Shown here one piece after another: positions 21,408 to 33,194 of a stretch of DNA of 64,000 nucleotides (position 1 is its first letter; every line of letters starts with the position of its first letter). The position numbers and the translations under genes are program-made. Location: contig CAWDOD010000003.1 in assembly GCA_963803805.1 (NCBI GenBank), positions 416,001-480,000 on the forward strand. Reading direction: 5' to 3'. The stretch is from an uncultured cyanobacterium. GTDB lineage: Bacteria > Cyanobacteriota > Cyanobacteriia > Cyanobacteriales > CAWCAG01. The notes beneath the pieces were generated by a model. That model saw only the letters and a program-made list of their open reading frames with translations, had not been told where the DNA came from and did no database searches.

Positions 21408-22724
21408 ATGGTTGTAAGTCGAGATAAAACACCAACAGCCCAAGAGACTTTTATGCAGATGGCTCAAGCAGCCGGCCTCCGTGGGCGGTTGCTAGTTACT
21501 GTTGGTCTGTTGATTTTAGTCCGCTTCGGGGTAAGAGTTCCTGTACCGGGAATCAACCGAACTGCTTTTGAAGAAGGAGTTCGTAATAATGCTGTCTTGG
21601 GATTTTTAGATATCTTCTCTGGAGGTGGTTTTACAGCAGTAGGGATTTTTAGTTTAGGAATTCTACCTTTTATTAATGCCTCCATTATTATGCAGTTGCT
21701 AACAGCAGCTATTCCCTCCTTAGAGAATTTGCAGAAGAATGAAGGAGAAGCAGGAAGGCGCAAAATATCCCAAATAACTCGCTATGTGGCCCTTGGTTGG
21801 GCTATTATTCAAAGTACAGGGTTTACCTTTGGTTTACTGCGAAATTATATAGAGAACGACGCGCTATTGTTTAAGCTAGCTATAGTACTTGCTCTCACCG
21901 CTGGTTCTATGTTCGTTATGTGGGTTTCTGAAGTAATCACAGAAAGAGGTATTGGTAACGGAGCCTCTCTATTGATTTTTGTCAATATTGTCGCTAGTCT
22001 ACCTAAAACATTAGGAGATACAATTCAGTTTGCTCAAAGTGGAGGTCGAGAAGCTGTAGCTCAAGTAGTTATCTTACTACTTGTTTTCTTAGTAATGATT
22101 TTACTGATCGTTTTTGTACAGGAAGGTACACGCCGTATTCCAATTATTTCTGCTCGGCGGCAAGTGGGCAAACGCTTATACAGAGAAAGAAAAAGCTATT
22201 TACCTCTACGTCTTAACCAAGGTGGAGTAATGCCGATTATTTTTGCCACCGCCATACTATTTTTGCCTAACTCTTTGGCACAATTCACCAATATTGAAGC
22301 TTTTGATACTATTGCTAGATACTTAAGTCCTAGAAGCACTGGGGGCATCCCTTGGTTATATGTAGCTGTACTAGGACTTTCTATTGTCTTTTTTAGCTAT
22401 TTTTATGCTTCTTTAATTGTCAACCCTGTAGATATGTCCCAAAACTTAAAAAAGATGGGTTCTAGTATACCTGGTATTCGTCCTGGTAAAGCTACTAGCG
22501 ATTATCTAGAAAAAGTGCTAAATCGTTTGACTTTTTTAGGGGCAATTTTCTTAGGTTTGGTCGCTATTGTACCTATTTTTGTAGAGACAGCTACAGGAGT
22601 AACAACCTTTCAGGGTTTAGGAGCAACTTCTTTATTGATTCTCGTCGGTGTAGCCATAGACACAGCAAAGCAAATCCAAACCTATGTAATTTCCCAAAGG
22701 TATGAAGGCATGGTCAAGCAGTAA
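21408..22724 (+). CDS. secY: Preprotein translocase SecY
   Basis: LGILPFINASIIMQLL, GIGNGASLLIF, IPGIRPG. Confidence 0.98.
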   Translation: MVVSRDKTPTAQETFMQMAQAAGLRGRLLVTVGLLILVRFGVRVPVPGINRTAFEEGVRNNAVLGFLDIFSGGGFTAVGIFSLGILPFINASIIMQLLTAAIPSLENLQKNEGEAGRRKISQITRYVALGWAIIQSTGFTFGLLRNYIENDALLFKLAIVLALTAGSMFVMWVSEVITERGIGNGASLLIFVNIVASLPKTLGDTIQFAQSGGREAVAQVVILLLVFLVMILLIVFVQEGTRRIPIISARRQVGKRLYRERKSYLPLRLNQGGVMPIIFATAILFLPNSLAQFTNIEAFDTIARYLSPRSTGGIPWLYVAVLGLSIVFFSYFYASLIVNPVDMSQNLKKMGSSIPGIRPGKATSDYLEKVLNRLTFLGAIFLGLVAIVPIFVETATGVTTFQGLGATSLLILVGVAIDTAKQIQTYVISQRYEGMVKQ

Positions 22725-22749
22725 GCTTTTAACCTAGTTAGGATAGCAA

Positions 22750-23310
22750 ATGACAAGTTCAAGAATTGTTTTTTTAGGCCCTCCAGGGGCAGGAAAAGGG
22801 ACTCAAGCTCAAAAATTAGCAGATTTGTTGGGCATTCCCCATATTTCTACAGGTGAAATTCTACGAGGGGCCATCAAGAAAAACACTACTTTAGGAAAAA
22901 AAGCTCAAAGTTATGTAGATAGAGGAGAGCTAGTTCCCGATGAATTAATTCTCGATTTAATCAAAGAACGGTTGAATCAAGCAGATGCGAGTCAGGGGTG
23001 GATTTTAGATGGCTTTCCTCGGAATGTTGAACAAGCTGAGTTTTTAGATAATTTGCTAGATGAATTACAACAGTCTGCTAGTCATGTAGTTAATCTAGAA
23101 GTCCCGGAAGCAGAACTAATTACTCGTCTTCTACAAAGGGGGCGTAGGGACGATACAGAAGAAACTATTCGCCGTCGCCTAGAAGTTTATCAAGAAGAAA
23201 CTGCTCCAGTACTTGATTATTATCACACTCGTCATAGTCTTAAGTCAGTGGATGGCAATCTTTTACCAGAAGAAGTGACCAAATCCTTAGAAAAGATAGT
23301 TACTTCATAG
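22750..23310 (+). CDS. adk: Adenylate kinase (short LID)
   Basis: GPPGAGKGTQA, LDGFPR. Confidence 0.97.
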   Translation: MTSSRIVFLGPPGAGKGTQAQKLADLLGIPHISTGEILRGAIKKNTTLGKKAQSYVDRGELVPDELILDLIKERLNQADASQGWILDGFPRNVEQAEFLDNLLDELQQSASHVVNLEVPEAELITRLLQRGRRDDTEETIRRRLEVYQEETAPVLDYYHTRHSLKSVDGNLLPEEVTKSLEKIVTS

Positions 23311-23477
23311 AAAATCAACTTCAAGAAAATTTAATCCTGATTATTAGAAATAGTTTTGTAGAAACTAAGCTAAACAGCCCAAGAGCAAATTTAATAAATA
23401 GGTATTTAAATCACCTTTTATTGTTTTAAGTTACATCAAACAGATGACCTATTGATAACAACTGAGGTATTTATAAA

Positions 23478-23702
23478 TTGGCTAAGCAAGATTTAATTGA
23501 GATGGAAGGCACAGTAACAGAATCTTTGCCTAATGCCATGTTTCGAGTCGATCTAGACAATGGTTTCAATATCCTAGCCCATATTTCTGGCAAAATCCGC
23601 CGTAACTATATCAAGATTTTACCTGGGGATAGGGTCAAAGTAGAGCTTACTCCCTACGACCTTACTAAAGGTAGAATCACTTATCGTTTGCGTAAGAAGT
23701 AA
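23478..23702 (+). CDS. infA: Translation initiation factor IF-1
   Basis: [18 protein letters not shown] start. Confidence 0.98.
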   Translation: MAKQDLIEMEGTVTESLPNAMFRVDLDNGFNILAHISGKIRRNYIKILPGDRVKVELTPYDLTKGRITYRLRKK

Positions 23703-23794
23703 ACGGTAGCCAACAAATAATCAGCAATAGTTGAAACTAATTGTAAATAAATAGGGTAAATCCAACTATAGACTTACAAAAATAAGTCAATGAT

Positions 23795-23803
23795 TGCTAT
23801 AAT
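23795..23803 (+). promoter_or_regulatory. Extended -10 element, probable internal promoter before rpmJ
   Basis: TGcTATAAT about 30 nt upstream of the rpmJ ATG. Confidence 0.5.
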
Positions 23804-23833
23804 AGTAAGCTTGCAGTATGGCCAAAAAGAGGC

Positions 23834-23947
23834 ATGAAAGTTAGAGCATCAGTAAAAAAAATGTGTGAAAAATGTCGCGTTATTCGTCGTCGTGGCAGAG
23901 TGATGGTGATTTGTACTAATCCCAAGCACAAACAGCGTCAAGGTTAA
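23834..23947 (+). CDS. rpmJ: 50S ribosomal protein L36 (not in ORF track)
   Basis: Hand translation: [37 protein letters not shown]. Confidence 0.98.
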   Translation: MKVRASVKKMCEKCRVIRRRGRVMVICTNPKHKQRQG

Positions 23948-24037
23948 CTAGCTTAAAATTGGTTAAGTAATTCATTTTTAAGTTTTGAAGAATAATAAAG
24001 ATTAGTAGTAAAAGTGACAAATTAGGGAGAAGAAAGT

Positions 24038-24421
24038 GTGGCTAGGATTAGCGGTGTAGACCTTCCGCGCGATAAGCGAATAGAGATAGGTTTAACCTAC
24101 ATTTTTGGCATTGGATTATCTCGTTCCCAAGAGATTTTAGCAAATACAGGAATTGATCCAGATAAAAGAGTTAAAGATTTAACTGACGAAGAAGCAGCAA
24201 AATTGCGCTCTTATGTAGAAAGCAACTACCAAGTCGAAGGTGACTTGAGACGTTGGGAATCTATGAATATCAAACGTCTGGTTGACATTGGTGCATATAG
24301 AGGGCGGCGGCATCGCCAAGGGCTACCTGTTAGAGGGCAACGTACTCGTACTAACGGCAGAACAAGGCGCGGAAGGCGACTAACTGTTGCTGGTAAGAAA
24401 AAAGCTCCTGGTAAAAAATAG
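24038..24421 (+). CDS. rpsM: 30S ribosomal protein S13
   Basis: [21 protein letters not shown]. Confidence 0.98.
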   Translation: MARISGVDLPRDKRIEIGLTYIFGIGLSRSQEILANTGIDPDKRVKDLTDEEAAKLRSYVESNYQVEGDLRRWESMNIKRLVDIGAYRGRRHRQGLPVRGQRTRTNGRTRRGRRLTVAGKKKAPGKK

Positions 24422-24497
24422 ATAGTTTGTATTTGTTTTTCCTTAACCTATTCCTTCATTCAAACTCAATATCAAGTTAGCAAGTTCAGTAAGTAAT

Positions 24498-24890
24498 ATG
24501 GCTCGACCAACAAAGAAAAGTGGCGCTAAAAAACAAAAGCGTAACATTCCCAGTGGTATTGCCCACATTCATTCTACTTTCAACAATACCATAGTCACAA
24601 TTTCGGATACTCGTGGAGATGCAGTTTCTTGGGCTTCTGCTGGTTCGAGCGGTTTCAAAGGGGCTAAAAAAGGTACTCCCTTTGCTGCTCAAACCGCAGC
24701 AGATAGTGCTGCTCGGCGGGCAATGGAACAGGGAATGCGCCAATTGGAAGTAATGGTCAGCGGGCCAGGTGCAGGAAGAGAAACAGCCATCCGCGCTTTG
24801 CAAGGAGCAGGATTAGAAATTACTCTGATTCGGGATGTCACACCAATTCCTCACAATGGCTGTCGTCCCCCCAAGCGGCGTAGAGTTTAG
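24498..24890 (+). CDS. rpsK: 30S ribosomal protein S11
   Basis: [23 protein letters not shown]. Confidence 0.98.
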   Translation: MARPTKKSGAKKQKRNIPSGIAHIHSTFNNTIVTISDTRGDAVSWASAGSSGFKGAKKGTPFAAQTAADSAARRAMEQGMRQLEVMVSGPGAGRETAIRALQGAGLEITLIRDVTPIPHNGCRPPKRRRV

Positions 24891-24967
24891 TCTCGATTCA
24901 TCCCCTAGTAAAAAAGACAAAACAACACCGCGAAACATGACAAAGGACAAAAAAGGGAGGTTACTCT

Positions 24968-25909
24968 GTGGCGCAGTTTAGTATTGATCCAGTAGAGTCT
25001 AAGACCCATAAAAATCAGAGCCAGTATAGCCAGTTTGTCATAGAGCCTCTAGAACGCGGTCAAGGGACAACTGTTGGCAACGCCCTGCGTCGGGTGTTAC
25101 TCTCCAACTTAGAAGGAACAGCGGTAACGGCTGTACGAATTGCTGGAGTAAGCCACGAATTTGCAACTCTTGAAGGTGTAAGGGAAGACGTTCTAGAAAT
25201 TCTTTTGAATATGAAAGAAATTGTCTTCAGAAGCCATACTTCTGCACCCCAAATAGCACGCCTTGTCGCTACAGGACCAGCAACAGTAATCGCAGCTCAG
25301 TTCGACCTACCTTCAGAAATAGAAATCGTCGATCCGAATCAGTACGTGGCTACTCTTGCAGAAGGGGCCAAACTGGAAATGGAATTTCGTCTAGAAAGAG
25401 GAAAAGGCTATCGGGCTGTACAAAGGGGAAGAGATGAAGCAACTTCATTAGATTTCCTGCAAATTGATGCTGTCTTCATGCCTGTAAGCAAAGTTAATTA
25501 CAGCGTAGAGGATATTCATACAGATGGTACTGTTGCTAAAGACAGGCTGATTATGGATATCTGGACTAATGGTAGCTTGAAGCCGGAAGAAGCGCTGTCT
25601 CAAGCTGCTGGAATTGTTGTAGATCTCTTTAGTCCCATTCAGGATCTCAACATTCAAGAGAAGCCTGAAGATTACCAGGAGGACGAAGATCCTACTAGCC
25701 AAATTCCTATTGAGGAATTACAACTTTCGGTACGAGCTTACAACTGTTTGAAGCGCGCTCAAATTAATTCAGTGGCAGATTTACTCGATTACTCTCAAGA
25801 AGACCTGTTGGAAATCAAAAACTTTGGTCAGAAATCTGCCGAAGAAGTTATTGAAGCCTTGCAGCAACGCTTGGGAATTACTTTACCCCAAGAGAAATCA
25901 AAAGTTTAG
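24968..25909 (+). CDS. rpoA: RNA polymerase alpha subunit
   Basis: PLERGQGTTVGNALRRVLL, LSVRAYNCLK. Confidence 0.98.
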   Translation: MAQFSIDPVESKTHKNQSQYSQFVIEPLERGQGTTVGNALRRVLLSNLEGTAVTAVRIAGVSHEFATLEGVREDVLEILLNMKEIVFRSHTSAPQIARLVATGPATVIAAQFDLPSEIEIVDPNQYVATLAEGAKLEMEFRLERGKGYRAVQRGRDEATSLDFLQIDAVFMPVSKVNYSVEDIHTDGTVAKDRLIMDIWTNGSLKPEEALSQAAGIVVDLFSPIQDLNIQEKPEDYQEDEDPTSQIPIEELQLSVRAYNCLKRAQINSVADLLDYSQEDLLEIKNFGQKSAEEVIEALQQRLGITLPQEKSKV

Positions 25910-26011
25910 TTGAGTTAGATAGTTGGTAAGTTTTTTTGATTATAAAGCTAACAAGGGATAACTTACCAACTACCTCAGTAGATAATTCGTACTTAATTAT
26001 GGAGGAACAAA

Positions 26012-26362
26012 ATGCGTCACCGCTGTCGAGTACCAGAACTAGGTTTACCCGCAGATCAGCGTAAAGCTTTATTGAGGGCTTTAGCTACCCAATTAATTCG
26101 TCATGGGCAAATCAAAACTACCAAAACCCGCGCCCGGGCAGTGCGCCCTAAAGTAGAGAAAATGATTACTTTAGCTAAGGATGGTTCTTTAGCTTCCCGT
26201 CGTCAGGCTATGGCTTTTCTTTATGATAAAAAATTAGTCCATGCTTTGTTTGAACAAGCTCAAGAACGCTACGGAAGTCGTAATGGCGGTTATACCCGCA
26301 TTTCTCGTACCATAAAAAGGCGCGGAGATAATGCAGAAATGGCTATTATAGAATTAGTCTGA
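26012..26362 (+). CDS. rplQ: 50S ribosomal protein L17
   Basis: MRHR, GGYTRI, RRGDNA. Confidence 0.98.
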   Translation: MRHRCRVPELGLPADQRKALLRALATQLIRHGQIKTTKTRARAVRPKVEKMITLAKDGSLASRRQAMAFLYDKKLVHALFEQAQERYGSRNGGYTRISRTIKRRGDNAEMAIIELV

Positions 26363-26375
26363 GGTCTTAAATAAT

Positions 26376-27191
26376 TTGAGAGACCAGAAACAGCGTATTG
26401 CTCTAGTTATTCAGTATGTAGGTACTCATTTCCACGGTTGGCAAAGGCAGCCCAACCAAAGAACAGTCCAAGCAGAAATAGAGCAGGCGATCGCCAAAGT
26501 TTGCCAGAGACAGGTAAACTTACATGGGGCAGGGCGTACAGATGCAGGAGTTCATGCTGCGGCTCAAGTAGCTCATTTTGAGGTTACTAGTCCTATTCCT
26601 GCTGTGAGGTGGGCGAAGCTTCTTAATAGCCTTTTACCTGATGATTTACTGATTAGAGCTTCTGCTTTAGTAGATCCTAACTGGCACGCTCGTTTTTCAG
26701 CGATCTGGCGACGCTATCGCTATACTTTTTATACAGGTGAGCAACCTAACCTTTTTGTGCAACCCTTCTGCTGGCACTACTACCACAATCAACTAGAGGC
26801 ATCTTTACTAAGCAAGGCACTCAAACCATTAATTGGCCGTCATCACCTCGCAGCTTTTAGGAGGGCAGGTTCTCAAAGAACTCATTCTTGGGTGGAGGTT
26901 CAAGGGGCGCAGTGTTATCGTAGAGGGCCTTTTATCCAACTAGAAATCCAGGCTAATGGCTTTCTCTATGGCATGGTGAGATTATTAGTAGGGATGTTAG
27001 TTGAAGTGGGAACAGGCAAGCGATCGCCAGAGAGTTTTACAGAAATTTGGGTAAATCAAAACAGAGAAGAAGTTAAATATTCAGCCCCAGCAAAAGGACT
27101 ATGCTTGTTGAGAGTTGGTTATCCGGATTTTCCTTTCTCCCGTGATATTTGGTTTGATAGTCAACCTCAATTCTTATTATCGAACTATTAA
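26376..27191 (+). CDS. truA: tRNA pseudouridine(38-40) synthase
   Basis: FHGWQRQ, AGRTDAGVHA, FLYGMVR. Confidence 0.97.
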   Translation: MRDQKQRIALVIQYVGTHFHGWQRQPNQRTVQAEIEQAIAKVCQRQVNLHGAGRTDAGVHAAAQVAHFEVTSPIPAVRWAKLLNSLLPDDLLIRASALVDPNWHARFSAIWRRYRYTFYTGEQPNLFVQPFCWHYYHNQLEASLLSKALKPLIGRHHLAAFRRAGSQRTHSWVEVQGAQCYRRGPFIQLEIQANGFLYGMVRLLVGMLVEVGTGKRSPESFTEIWVNQNREEVKYSAPAKGLCLLRVGYPDFPFSRDIWFDSQPQFLLSNY

Positions 27192-27278
27192 TAAAACTTT
27201 GTTTATAGTTCGAGATTATTAGATAATAGTTAATTGCTGATTATTTCTTAAACCGAACCACTTAAATATTACAGATAA

Positions 27279-27728
27279 ATGATTAAGACACCGTTACCAA
27301 ATAAAGAAACTCTAGAGCAAAAATGGTATATCGTTGATGCTGCTGACCAGCGTTTAGGAAGATTAGCAACAGAAATTGCTAGCATTTTGCGGGGTAAAAA
27401 CAAGCCTACTTTTACTCCCCATATGGATACTGGGGATTTTGTGGTGGTAATCAACGCTGAGAAAGTTATTGTTACTGGTAAAAAAAGTACTCAAAAACTT
27501 TACCACCGACATTCAGGAAGACCGGGGGGAATGAAAGTAGAAACCTTTGAAAACTTACAAAATCGCATTCCTGAAAGGATTATCGAAAAGGCTGTAAAGG
27601 GAATGTTGCCAAAAAATGCTTTAGGTCGAAAACTTTTTACTAAGTTAAAAGTTTATCCTGGCCCCAAGCACCCTCATCAAGCCCAAACACCTGAAAATTT
27701 GCAAATTAATACGATTCCAAGGAGATAA
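27279..27728 (+). CDS. rplM: 50S ribosomal protein L13 (last residues possibly shifted by a +1 base)
   Basis: [20 protein letters not shown]. Confidence 0.97.
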   Translation: MIKTPLPNKETLEQKWYIVDAADQRLGRLATEIASILRGKNKPTFTPHMDTGDFVVVINAEKVIVTGKKSTQKLYHRHSGRPGGMKVETFENLQNRIPERIIEKAVKGMLPKNALGRKLFTKLKVYPGPKHPHQAQTPENLQINTIPRR

Positions 27729-27731
27729 GTA

Positions 27732-28142
27732 ATGCCTGAAGAACAAAATGATCGAGCAGTATACTGGGGAACTGGTCGTCGTAAACGCTCTATAGCCAGA
27801 GTGCGCCTAGTTCCTGGCAATGGTCAACTTAAGGTTAATGGTAAAGAAGGTAACATTTACTTTAACCAAAACCCTAGTTACATCGCCGCAGCTAAAGCCC
27901 CTTTAGAAACTTTAGGTTTGGAAAACGAGTACGATATTTTGGTTAATGCCCACGGAGGTGGACTAACAGGTCAGTCTGATGCTGTTAAACTAGGAGTAGC
28001 TAGAGCGCTTTGTGAACTTGACCCAGATAATCGCCAACCTCTGAAAACTGAAGGGTATTTGACTCGTGATCCTAGAGCCAAAGAGCGTAAGAAATATGGT
28101 TTACATAAAGCCAGAAAAGCCCCTCAATACTCTAAGCGATAA
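27732..28142 (+). CDS. rpsI: 30S ribosomal protein S9
   Basis: [23 protein letters not shown]. Confidence 0.98.
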   Translation: MPEEQNDRAVYWGTGRRKRSIARVRLVPGNGQLKVNGKEGNIYFNQNPSYIAAAKAPLETLGLENEYDILVNAHGGGLTGQSDAVKLGVARALCELDPDNRQPLKTEGYLTRDPRAKERKKYGLHKARKAPQYSKR

Positions 28143-28166
28143 TTAATTAAGGGAAAGAAAAAGAAA

Positions 28167-28403
28167 ATGCCTAAACCAGATATCCATCCTGAATGGTATC
28201 CTGATGCCAAAGTTTATTGTAACGGCGAATTAGTTATGACTGTTGGCTCTACCAAGCCAGAAATTAGTGTTGAGGTTTGGTCGGGAAATCACCCCTTTTA
28301 TACCGGAACTCAGAAAATTATCGATACAGAAGGGCGTGTCGAGCGTTTTATGCGTAAATATGGGATGCTTTCCGGCGAAGAGTCTCAGTCTGACGAAAAA
28401 TAG
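28167..28403 (+). CDS. rpmE: 50S ribosomal protein L31
   Basis: KPDIHP, HPFYTG, GRVERF. Confidence 0.97.
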   Translation: MPKPDIHPEWYPDAKVYCNGELVMTVGSTKPEISVEVWSGNHPFYTGTQKIIDTEGRVERFMRKYGMLSGEESQSDEK

Positions 28404-28421
28404 CTACCTATTCAAATTTTG

Positions 28422-28450
28422 TTAACCCAGTAGATAATCTGCTGGGTTAA
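28422..28450 (+). terminator. Hairpin after rpmE
   Basis: ttaacccagtaga-taa-tctgctgggttaa. Confidence 0.6.
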
Positions 28451-28501
28451 TTGCATTTAAGGGACTAAACAAAAACGCTATTTTTTAAAGGAGTAATTAT
28501 C

Positions 28502-29611
28502 ATGGCTGAGTCTTATTTATTAGACAAACTGAAATCTGTAGAACAAACCTTTGCTGAATTAACTCGGCGTTTAGCAGATCCAGATATTGCGACTAATCCA
28601 AATGAACTGCAAAAGGTAGCTAAAGCGCGTTCTTCCCTAGAAGAAACAGTTAATACCTATGTCGCATGGAAGTCTACTCAAGAAGAATTGGCAGGGGCAA
28701 AGGAAGTTCAAAAAGAAGCCAACAGCGAACCAGAGTTGCAGGAAATGGCAGCTTTGGAAGTGGCAGAGTTACAGGAAAAGTCTCTTGAGTTAGAAAATCG
28801 TCTCAAGGTTTTGCTTTTACCCAGAGATCCTAACGATGATAAAAACATTATGTTAGAAATTAGGGCGGGAACTGGGGGAGATGAGGCCAGTATTTGGGCT
28901 GGGGATTTGGTGCGTTTATACTCTCGCTATGGAGAGAGTCAGGGGTGGCGAGTCAAATTACTGAGTGAATCTACTGCTGATATGGGTGGTTTTAAAGAAG
29001 CTATCCTAGAAATTAAAGGGGAACAAGTCTACAGTCAGTTGAAATTTGAAGCGGGAGTTCATCGAGTACAAAGAGTCCCAACTACAGAGGCAGGAGGAAG
29101 AGTACATACTTCCACAGCTACTGTGGCAGTGATGCCGGAGGTGGATGACGTGGAGGTAAAAATCGATCCTAAAGATATTGAGATGTCTACTGCTCGTTCT
29201 GGTGGGGCCGGGGGACAAAATGTTAACAAGGTAGAAACTGCTGTAGATTTAATCCACAAACCTACAGGTATTCGGATCTTTTGTACTGAGGAGCGATCGC
29301 AACTACAAAACCGTGAACGGGCAATGCAGATTCTCAGGGCTAAACTTTATGAGATCAAGTTACAGGAACAAAAAGCTGCGGTTACTTCTATGAGGCGTTC
29401 TCAAGTAGGTACAGGAGCGCGTTCGGAAAAAATTCGTACCTATAATTACAAAGACAACCGTATTACAGATCATCGCTTGGGGCAGAATTTTAGTTTAGCC
29501 CCTGCCTTGGAAGGAGATGTGGAACATATCATCCAAGCTTGTATTTCTCAAGATCAGCAAGAACGTTTAGAAGAACTCGCTCGTTCTTCTAGTATGGCGG
29601 AAGTTGTTTAA
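28502..29611 (+). CDS. prfA: Peptide chain release factor 1
   Basis: GGQ motif, PxT (PTT) specificity motif, [11 protein letters not shown]. Confidence 0.97.
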   Translation: MAESYLLDKLKSVEQTFAELTRRLADPDIATNPNELQKVAKARSSLEETVNTYVAWKSTQEELAGAKEVQKEANSEPELQEMAALEVAELQEKSLELENRLKVLLLPRDPNDDKNIMLEIRAGTGGDEASIWAGDLVRLYSRYGESQGWRVKLLSESTADMGGFKEAILEIKGEQVYSQLKFEAGVHRVQRVPTTEAGGRVHTSTATVAVMPEVDDVEVKIDPKDIEMSTARSGGAGGQNVNKVETAVDLIHKPTGIRIFCTEERSQLQNRERAMQILRAKLYEIKLQEQKAAVTSMRRSQVGTGARSEKIRTYNYKDNRITDHRLGQNFSLAPALEGDVEHIIQACISQDQQERLEELARSSSMAEVV

Positions 29612-30681
29612 TAATTTTCTGGCGCTTCTCGGACAAAAGCTAAATGAGGTCTTGCTTTGCCGCTAGTTAAGCTTAACCAGGCTAGCCCTTCTGTTGTACC
29701 GATCCAAAGTTTGTTACCTGAGTCTGGGGCTAAGGACATAATTTGGTCGGAAGGGAGGTTAGTGACGACTCCTAAAGAAGCACCACTATCAGCTTTGATC
29801 TTTAAAAGACCAGTGGTTGTACCTACCCAAACCGTACCGTCTTTAGCAAAACTTACTTTAGTAACATTTAGGCCTCTCAAAGGAGTTACTGAACGTTCAA
29901 TGCGCTGAGTTTCTGGGTCAATTACTAATAAACTATTAGGGGTTCCTACCCAAAGTTTGCCGTCTTTAGGATTGGTAGTGATGGTTTGGACTACACCACC
30001 TGGTAGATCAGCAATGCGTCCGACAGGGAAAGCACTACCTGTATTTACTTTGACTAGTCCTTGGAGTGTTCCTACCCAAAGTTGACCTTTTTTATCTAAG
30101 GTTAAGGCATTGGCGCTTACCCCTGGTAACTCTTGTAGGGTTGTCATTTGCAATCCCTTATCAGGACTAACTAAAGTTAAACCGCGATCGCCTCCTACCC
30201 ACAAAAATCCTCTTTGATCAATTAACAAAGAGAGTATTTTTTGAGAAGGTAAAGAAACACTATCTACAGTGACAGAGTTTAACTTAGAATCTACTCTTAG
30301 TAAGCCTTGGTGGGTTCCTACCCATACCCTTCCTACTTTATCTTGAGCTAAAGCACCAATTTTGTAGTTAGGTAAACTAATTCTGCTAATTATTGCCCCG
30401 GTGTTAGGGTTGATACGAGCTAAGCCTAGCCATGAACCTACCCAAAGATCCCCTGTGTAATGGCTTTGTAAGGCCGTAACTCGAAAATCCTTTTCTGAGC
30501 GCTCTACATCTTGCCTAATACGTTGAGGAGGCAAAGGCTCTATTCTGGCTGGAGGAGGTTCTTCTTCATACTCTCCAGTTGGTAGATTATTTCCGTCGGG
30601 AGTTTGCCCCCAAACAGGCATCGGTAAGCTTAAAGCTACCCCACTGAGGACAAAACCGATACAGGCTGATTTCCAGTACAT
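29608..30681 (-). CDS. Secreted beta-propeller protein (two-component-regulator propeller-like repeats)
   Basis: Signal-peptide-like N-terminus; repeated D..G.LWVGT..GL blades. Confidence 0.8.
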   Translation of the reverse strand: MYWKSACIGFVLSGVALSLPMPVWGQTPDGNNLPTGEYEEEPPPARIEPLPPQRIRQDVERSEKDFRVTALQSHYTGDLWVGSWLGLARINPNTGAIISRISLPNYKIGALAQDKVGRVWVGTHQGLLRVDSKLNSVTVDSVSLPSQKILSLLIDQRGFLWVGGDRGLTLVSPDKGLQMTTLQELPGVSANALTLDKKGQLWVGTLQGLVKVNTGSAFPVGRIADLPGGVVQTITTNPKDGKLWVGTPNSLLVIDPETQRIERSVTPLRGLNVTKVSFAKDGTVWVGTTTGLLKIKADSGASLGVVTNLPSDQIMSLAPDSGNKLWIGTTEGLAWLSLTSGKARPHLAFVREAPENY

Positions 30682-30858
30682 TTATTGACAATTTTTGCTT
30701 TACTGCGCCTATTTTAGGCCATTTGCCCAAAATCAAGGCAGATACCTACGAGATACCTGCCATAAACTTTATCTAATTTTAGTCGGTGGTAATTTAAACG
30801 TAACTTCTGAGAATTGCTTAGAAGTCAAGAATAAACTTTCCCAAATTAAATCAGTTTT

Positions 30859-31158
30859 TTAATATAGCTCTTCTTCTTGATGAGTTGTGATTGTGCAGTC
30901 AGAAGTAGGATAAGCAACACAAGTAAGAACGTAACCTGCTTCGATTTGATCGTCATCTAAGAAAGACTGGTCAGACTGATCGATAGTACCGGATTTTACT
31001 TTACCTGCACAGGTAGAACAAGCACCAGCACGGCAGGAATAAGGTAAGTCAATACCTTGTTCTTCTGCTGCATCAAGAATATATTCATCATCAGGAACTT
31101 CGATAGTTTCGTTAATTCCTTCTTCTTCATTTACTAAAGTAACTTTGAAAGTGGCCAT
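30859..31158 (-). CDS. petF: Plant-type [2Fe-2S] ferredoxin
   Basis: [28 protein letters not shown]. Confidence 0.97.
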   Translation of the reverse strand: MATFKVTLVNEEEGINETIEVPDDEYILDAAEEQGIDLPYSCRAGACSTCAGKVKSGTIDQSDQSFLDDDQIEAGYVLTCVAYPTSDCTITTHQEEELY

Positions 31159-31618
31159 GAGTTTCTCCTCTTGTTAAACAGAACGGCAGTAGTTGCTTTT
31201 TGTTTAAGCATTACTTTTGATACTACGAGAAAAATCTCCAGAGTTTAGCCTGCATTAGCAATGAAATTACTAATCTCTTAAAATATAAATTTTACTTATT
31301 TCATTTTAAGTCAAGTAATCTTTCTAATGAAGTAAAGTCTTTCTGGTAATGACCTTAATATACCTAGCTTATGAAGGTTGAAATCAATGTTTATTATCTA
31401 TTCGAGCCTTGATTAATCAGTATTAGTTATAGTTATAGTTAAGAAATATGAATTGTACTTAGCTATGATATTTTTCTTCGGAAAAGAGGTGATAATATAC
31501 AGTCCAAAATTGACTGATCCTGTAAAGGAGAACTAATAATTAGTAGGCGCTTACTCAGCTAGCTAATTTAAATTGTAATTCTTTAAAAATAATCTCATCT
31601 ATTAAAACCTTAAATAAT

Positions 31619-32314
31619 ATGGCTTTCAACTCTACAGGCATTGATGTTGCTAATTACATCGATCATTCTCTTCTTAATCCCACCGCTACTTCAGAACAAA
31701 TTAAGCAATATTGTGCAGAAGCAGAGCAATTCAACTTCCCTTGTGTATGTGTTTATCCAGGGGCTGTTTGGCAAGCAAAAGGTTTGCTTCAGGGAAAACC
31801 AATCAAAGTCGGAACAGTGATTGGTTTTCCTACAGGGGCTACAACTTCGGCGACAAAGTTGTATGAAGCTCAAGAAGCCGTAGAAAATGGCGCTACAGAA
31901 TTAGATGTTGTTATTAATCTTGGTTGGTTAAAAGAAGGAAAAACGGAAGATATTTATCGAGAAATTGCTCAAATTTGTGCTGAAACAGGGCAAGTTGTTA
32001 AAGTCATTTTAGAAATGAATTTGCTCACCGATACGCAAAAGCAGCTTGCCGCAGAAATTGCTATGGATGCGGGGGCAGCTTATTTGAAAACAAATACAGG
32101 TTGGTTTGGGGGGGCAACCACCGAAGATGTTCGCTTACTCAGAGCAATTACCAAAGGGCAAGTAGGTATTAAAGCTTCTGGAGGCATCCGTACCATACAG
32201 CAAGCTTTGCAATTAATTGAGGCTGGGGCGACTCGCTTAGGTACTTCTCGTGGTATCAGTATTTTGCAACAACGGGACAGTGGAGAAGAGCTAAAGCATC
32301 AAAATGATACATAA
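31619..32314 (+). CDS. deoC: Deoxyribose-phosphate aldolase
   Basis: [31 protein letters not shown]. Confidence 0.96.
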   Translation: MAFNSTGIDVANYIDHSLLNPTATSEQIKQYCAEAEQFNFPCVCVYPGAVWQAKGLLQGKPIKVGTVIGFPTGATTSATKLYEAQEAVENGATELDVVINLGWLKEGKTEDIYREIAQICAETGQVVKVILEMNLLTDTQKQLAAEIAMDAGAAYLKTNTGWFGGATTEDVRLLRAITKGQVGIKASGGIRTIQQALQLIEAGATRLGTSRGISILQQRDSGEELKHQNDT

Positions 32315-32320
32315 TGAGTA

Positions 32321-33118
32321 ATGAGTCGCACTTATAAAGCTACCGGAATTAATCTCAAAGGAATGCCCCTTGGAGAAACAGACCGTCTTATAACTGTTTT
32401 AACACCGGAATATGGTTTAGTTAGGGCTGTTGTTCCTGGTGCGAGGAAACATAAATCTCGCCTGCGGGGGCGAAGCGAACTTTTTGTAGTTAATGAATTG
32501 TTGATTGTTAAAGGGCGATCGCTCGATAAAATAACTCAAGCAGAAACCTTAGAATCTTATCCTGGTTTAAGTAAAGACTTGGGTAAGTTAATCGCTAGTC
32601 AGTATATGGCTGAGTTAGTTCTCTATTTAGCTTTAAGTGAACAACCCCAACCAGAACTATACGAATTACTCAATGAACATCTGCGCCGCTTAGAAAAACT
32701 TGCCACTTCCCCTAACTCCCTAGATTATCAGTTTTTGATTCTTTCCCATTTAGCTCATAGTCTATTCCATTTCTTGGTTTTAGCAGGTATAGGTCCTCAA
32801 GTACAAAATTGTTGCGTCACTACAGAAGCAATCTCCCCAGAATTTAGTAACCTAGATTGGCAAGTAGGATTTAGTATTGAAGCAGGTGGAGTAGTTGATT
32901 TGGGTTGTGAAAATAAACCCAAAATTGATAGTCGCCTCCGAAGTGAAGAATTATTTTTCCTGCAACAACTTCCTGAACCAGAGTTAAAACCCTACTCTTT
33001 TAACTCTTCGTTTAACAGTATTTGGTTGAAAATAGAGGTGCTTTTACGGAATTACGCCCAATATCATTGCGGTAAACCCATCCGTTCTGCGGATTTAATA
33101 GATACTTTATTTCCCTAG
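32321..33118 (+). CDS. recO: DNA repair protein RecO
   Basis: [26 protein letters not shown]. Confidence 0.93.
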   Translation: MSRTYKATGINLKGMPLGETDRLITVLTPEYGLVRAVVPGARKHKSRLRGRSELFVVNELLIVKGRSLDKITQAETLESYPGLSKDLGKLIASQYMAELVLYLALSEQPQPELYELLNEHLRRLEKLATSPNSLDYQFLILSHLAHSLFHFLVLAGIGPQVQNCCVTTEAISPEFSNLDWQVGFSIEAGGVVDLGCENKPKIDSRLRSEELFFLQQLPEPELKPYSFNSSFNSIWLKIEVLLRNYAQYHCGKPIRSADLIDTLFP

Positions 33119-33194
33119 AGTCTGCCACAATGAATATAAGTATTTATTAACTTAGCTATATTTTTATCGAATAGTAAGCTCCTAGAAGGAGACA

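Noticed and set aside
12447..25909. rpsJ, rpsN, rpmD and rpsD missing from the ribosomal cluster
   Set aside because: Normal cyanobacterial operon layout
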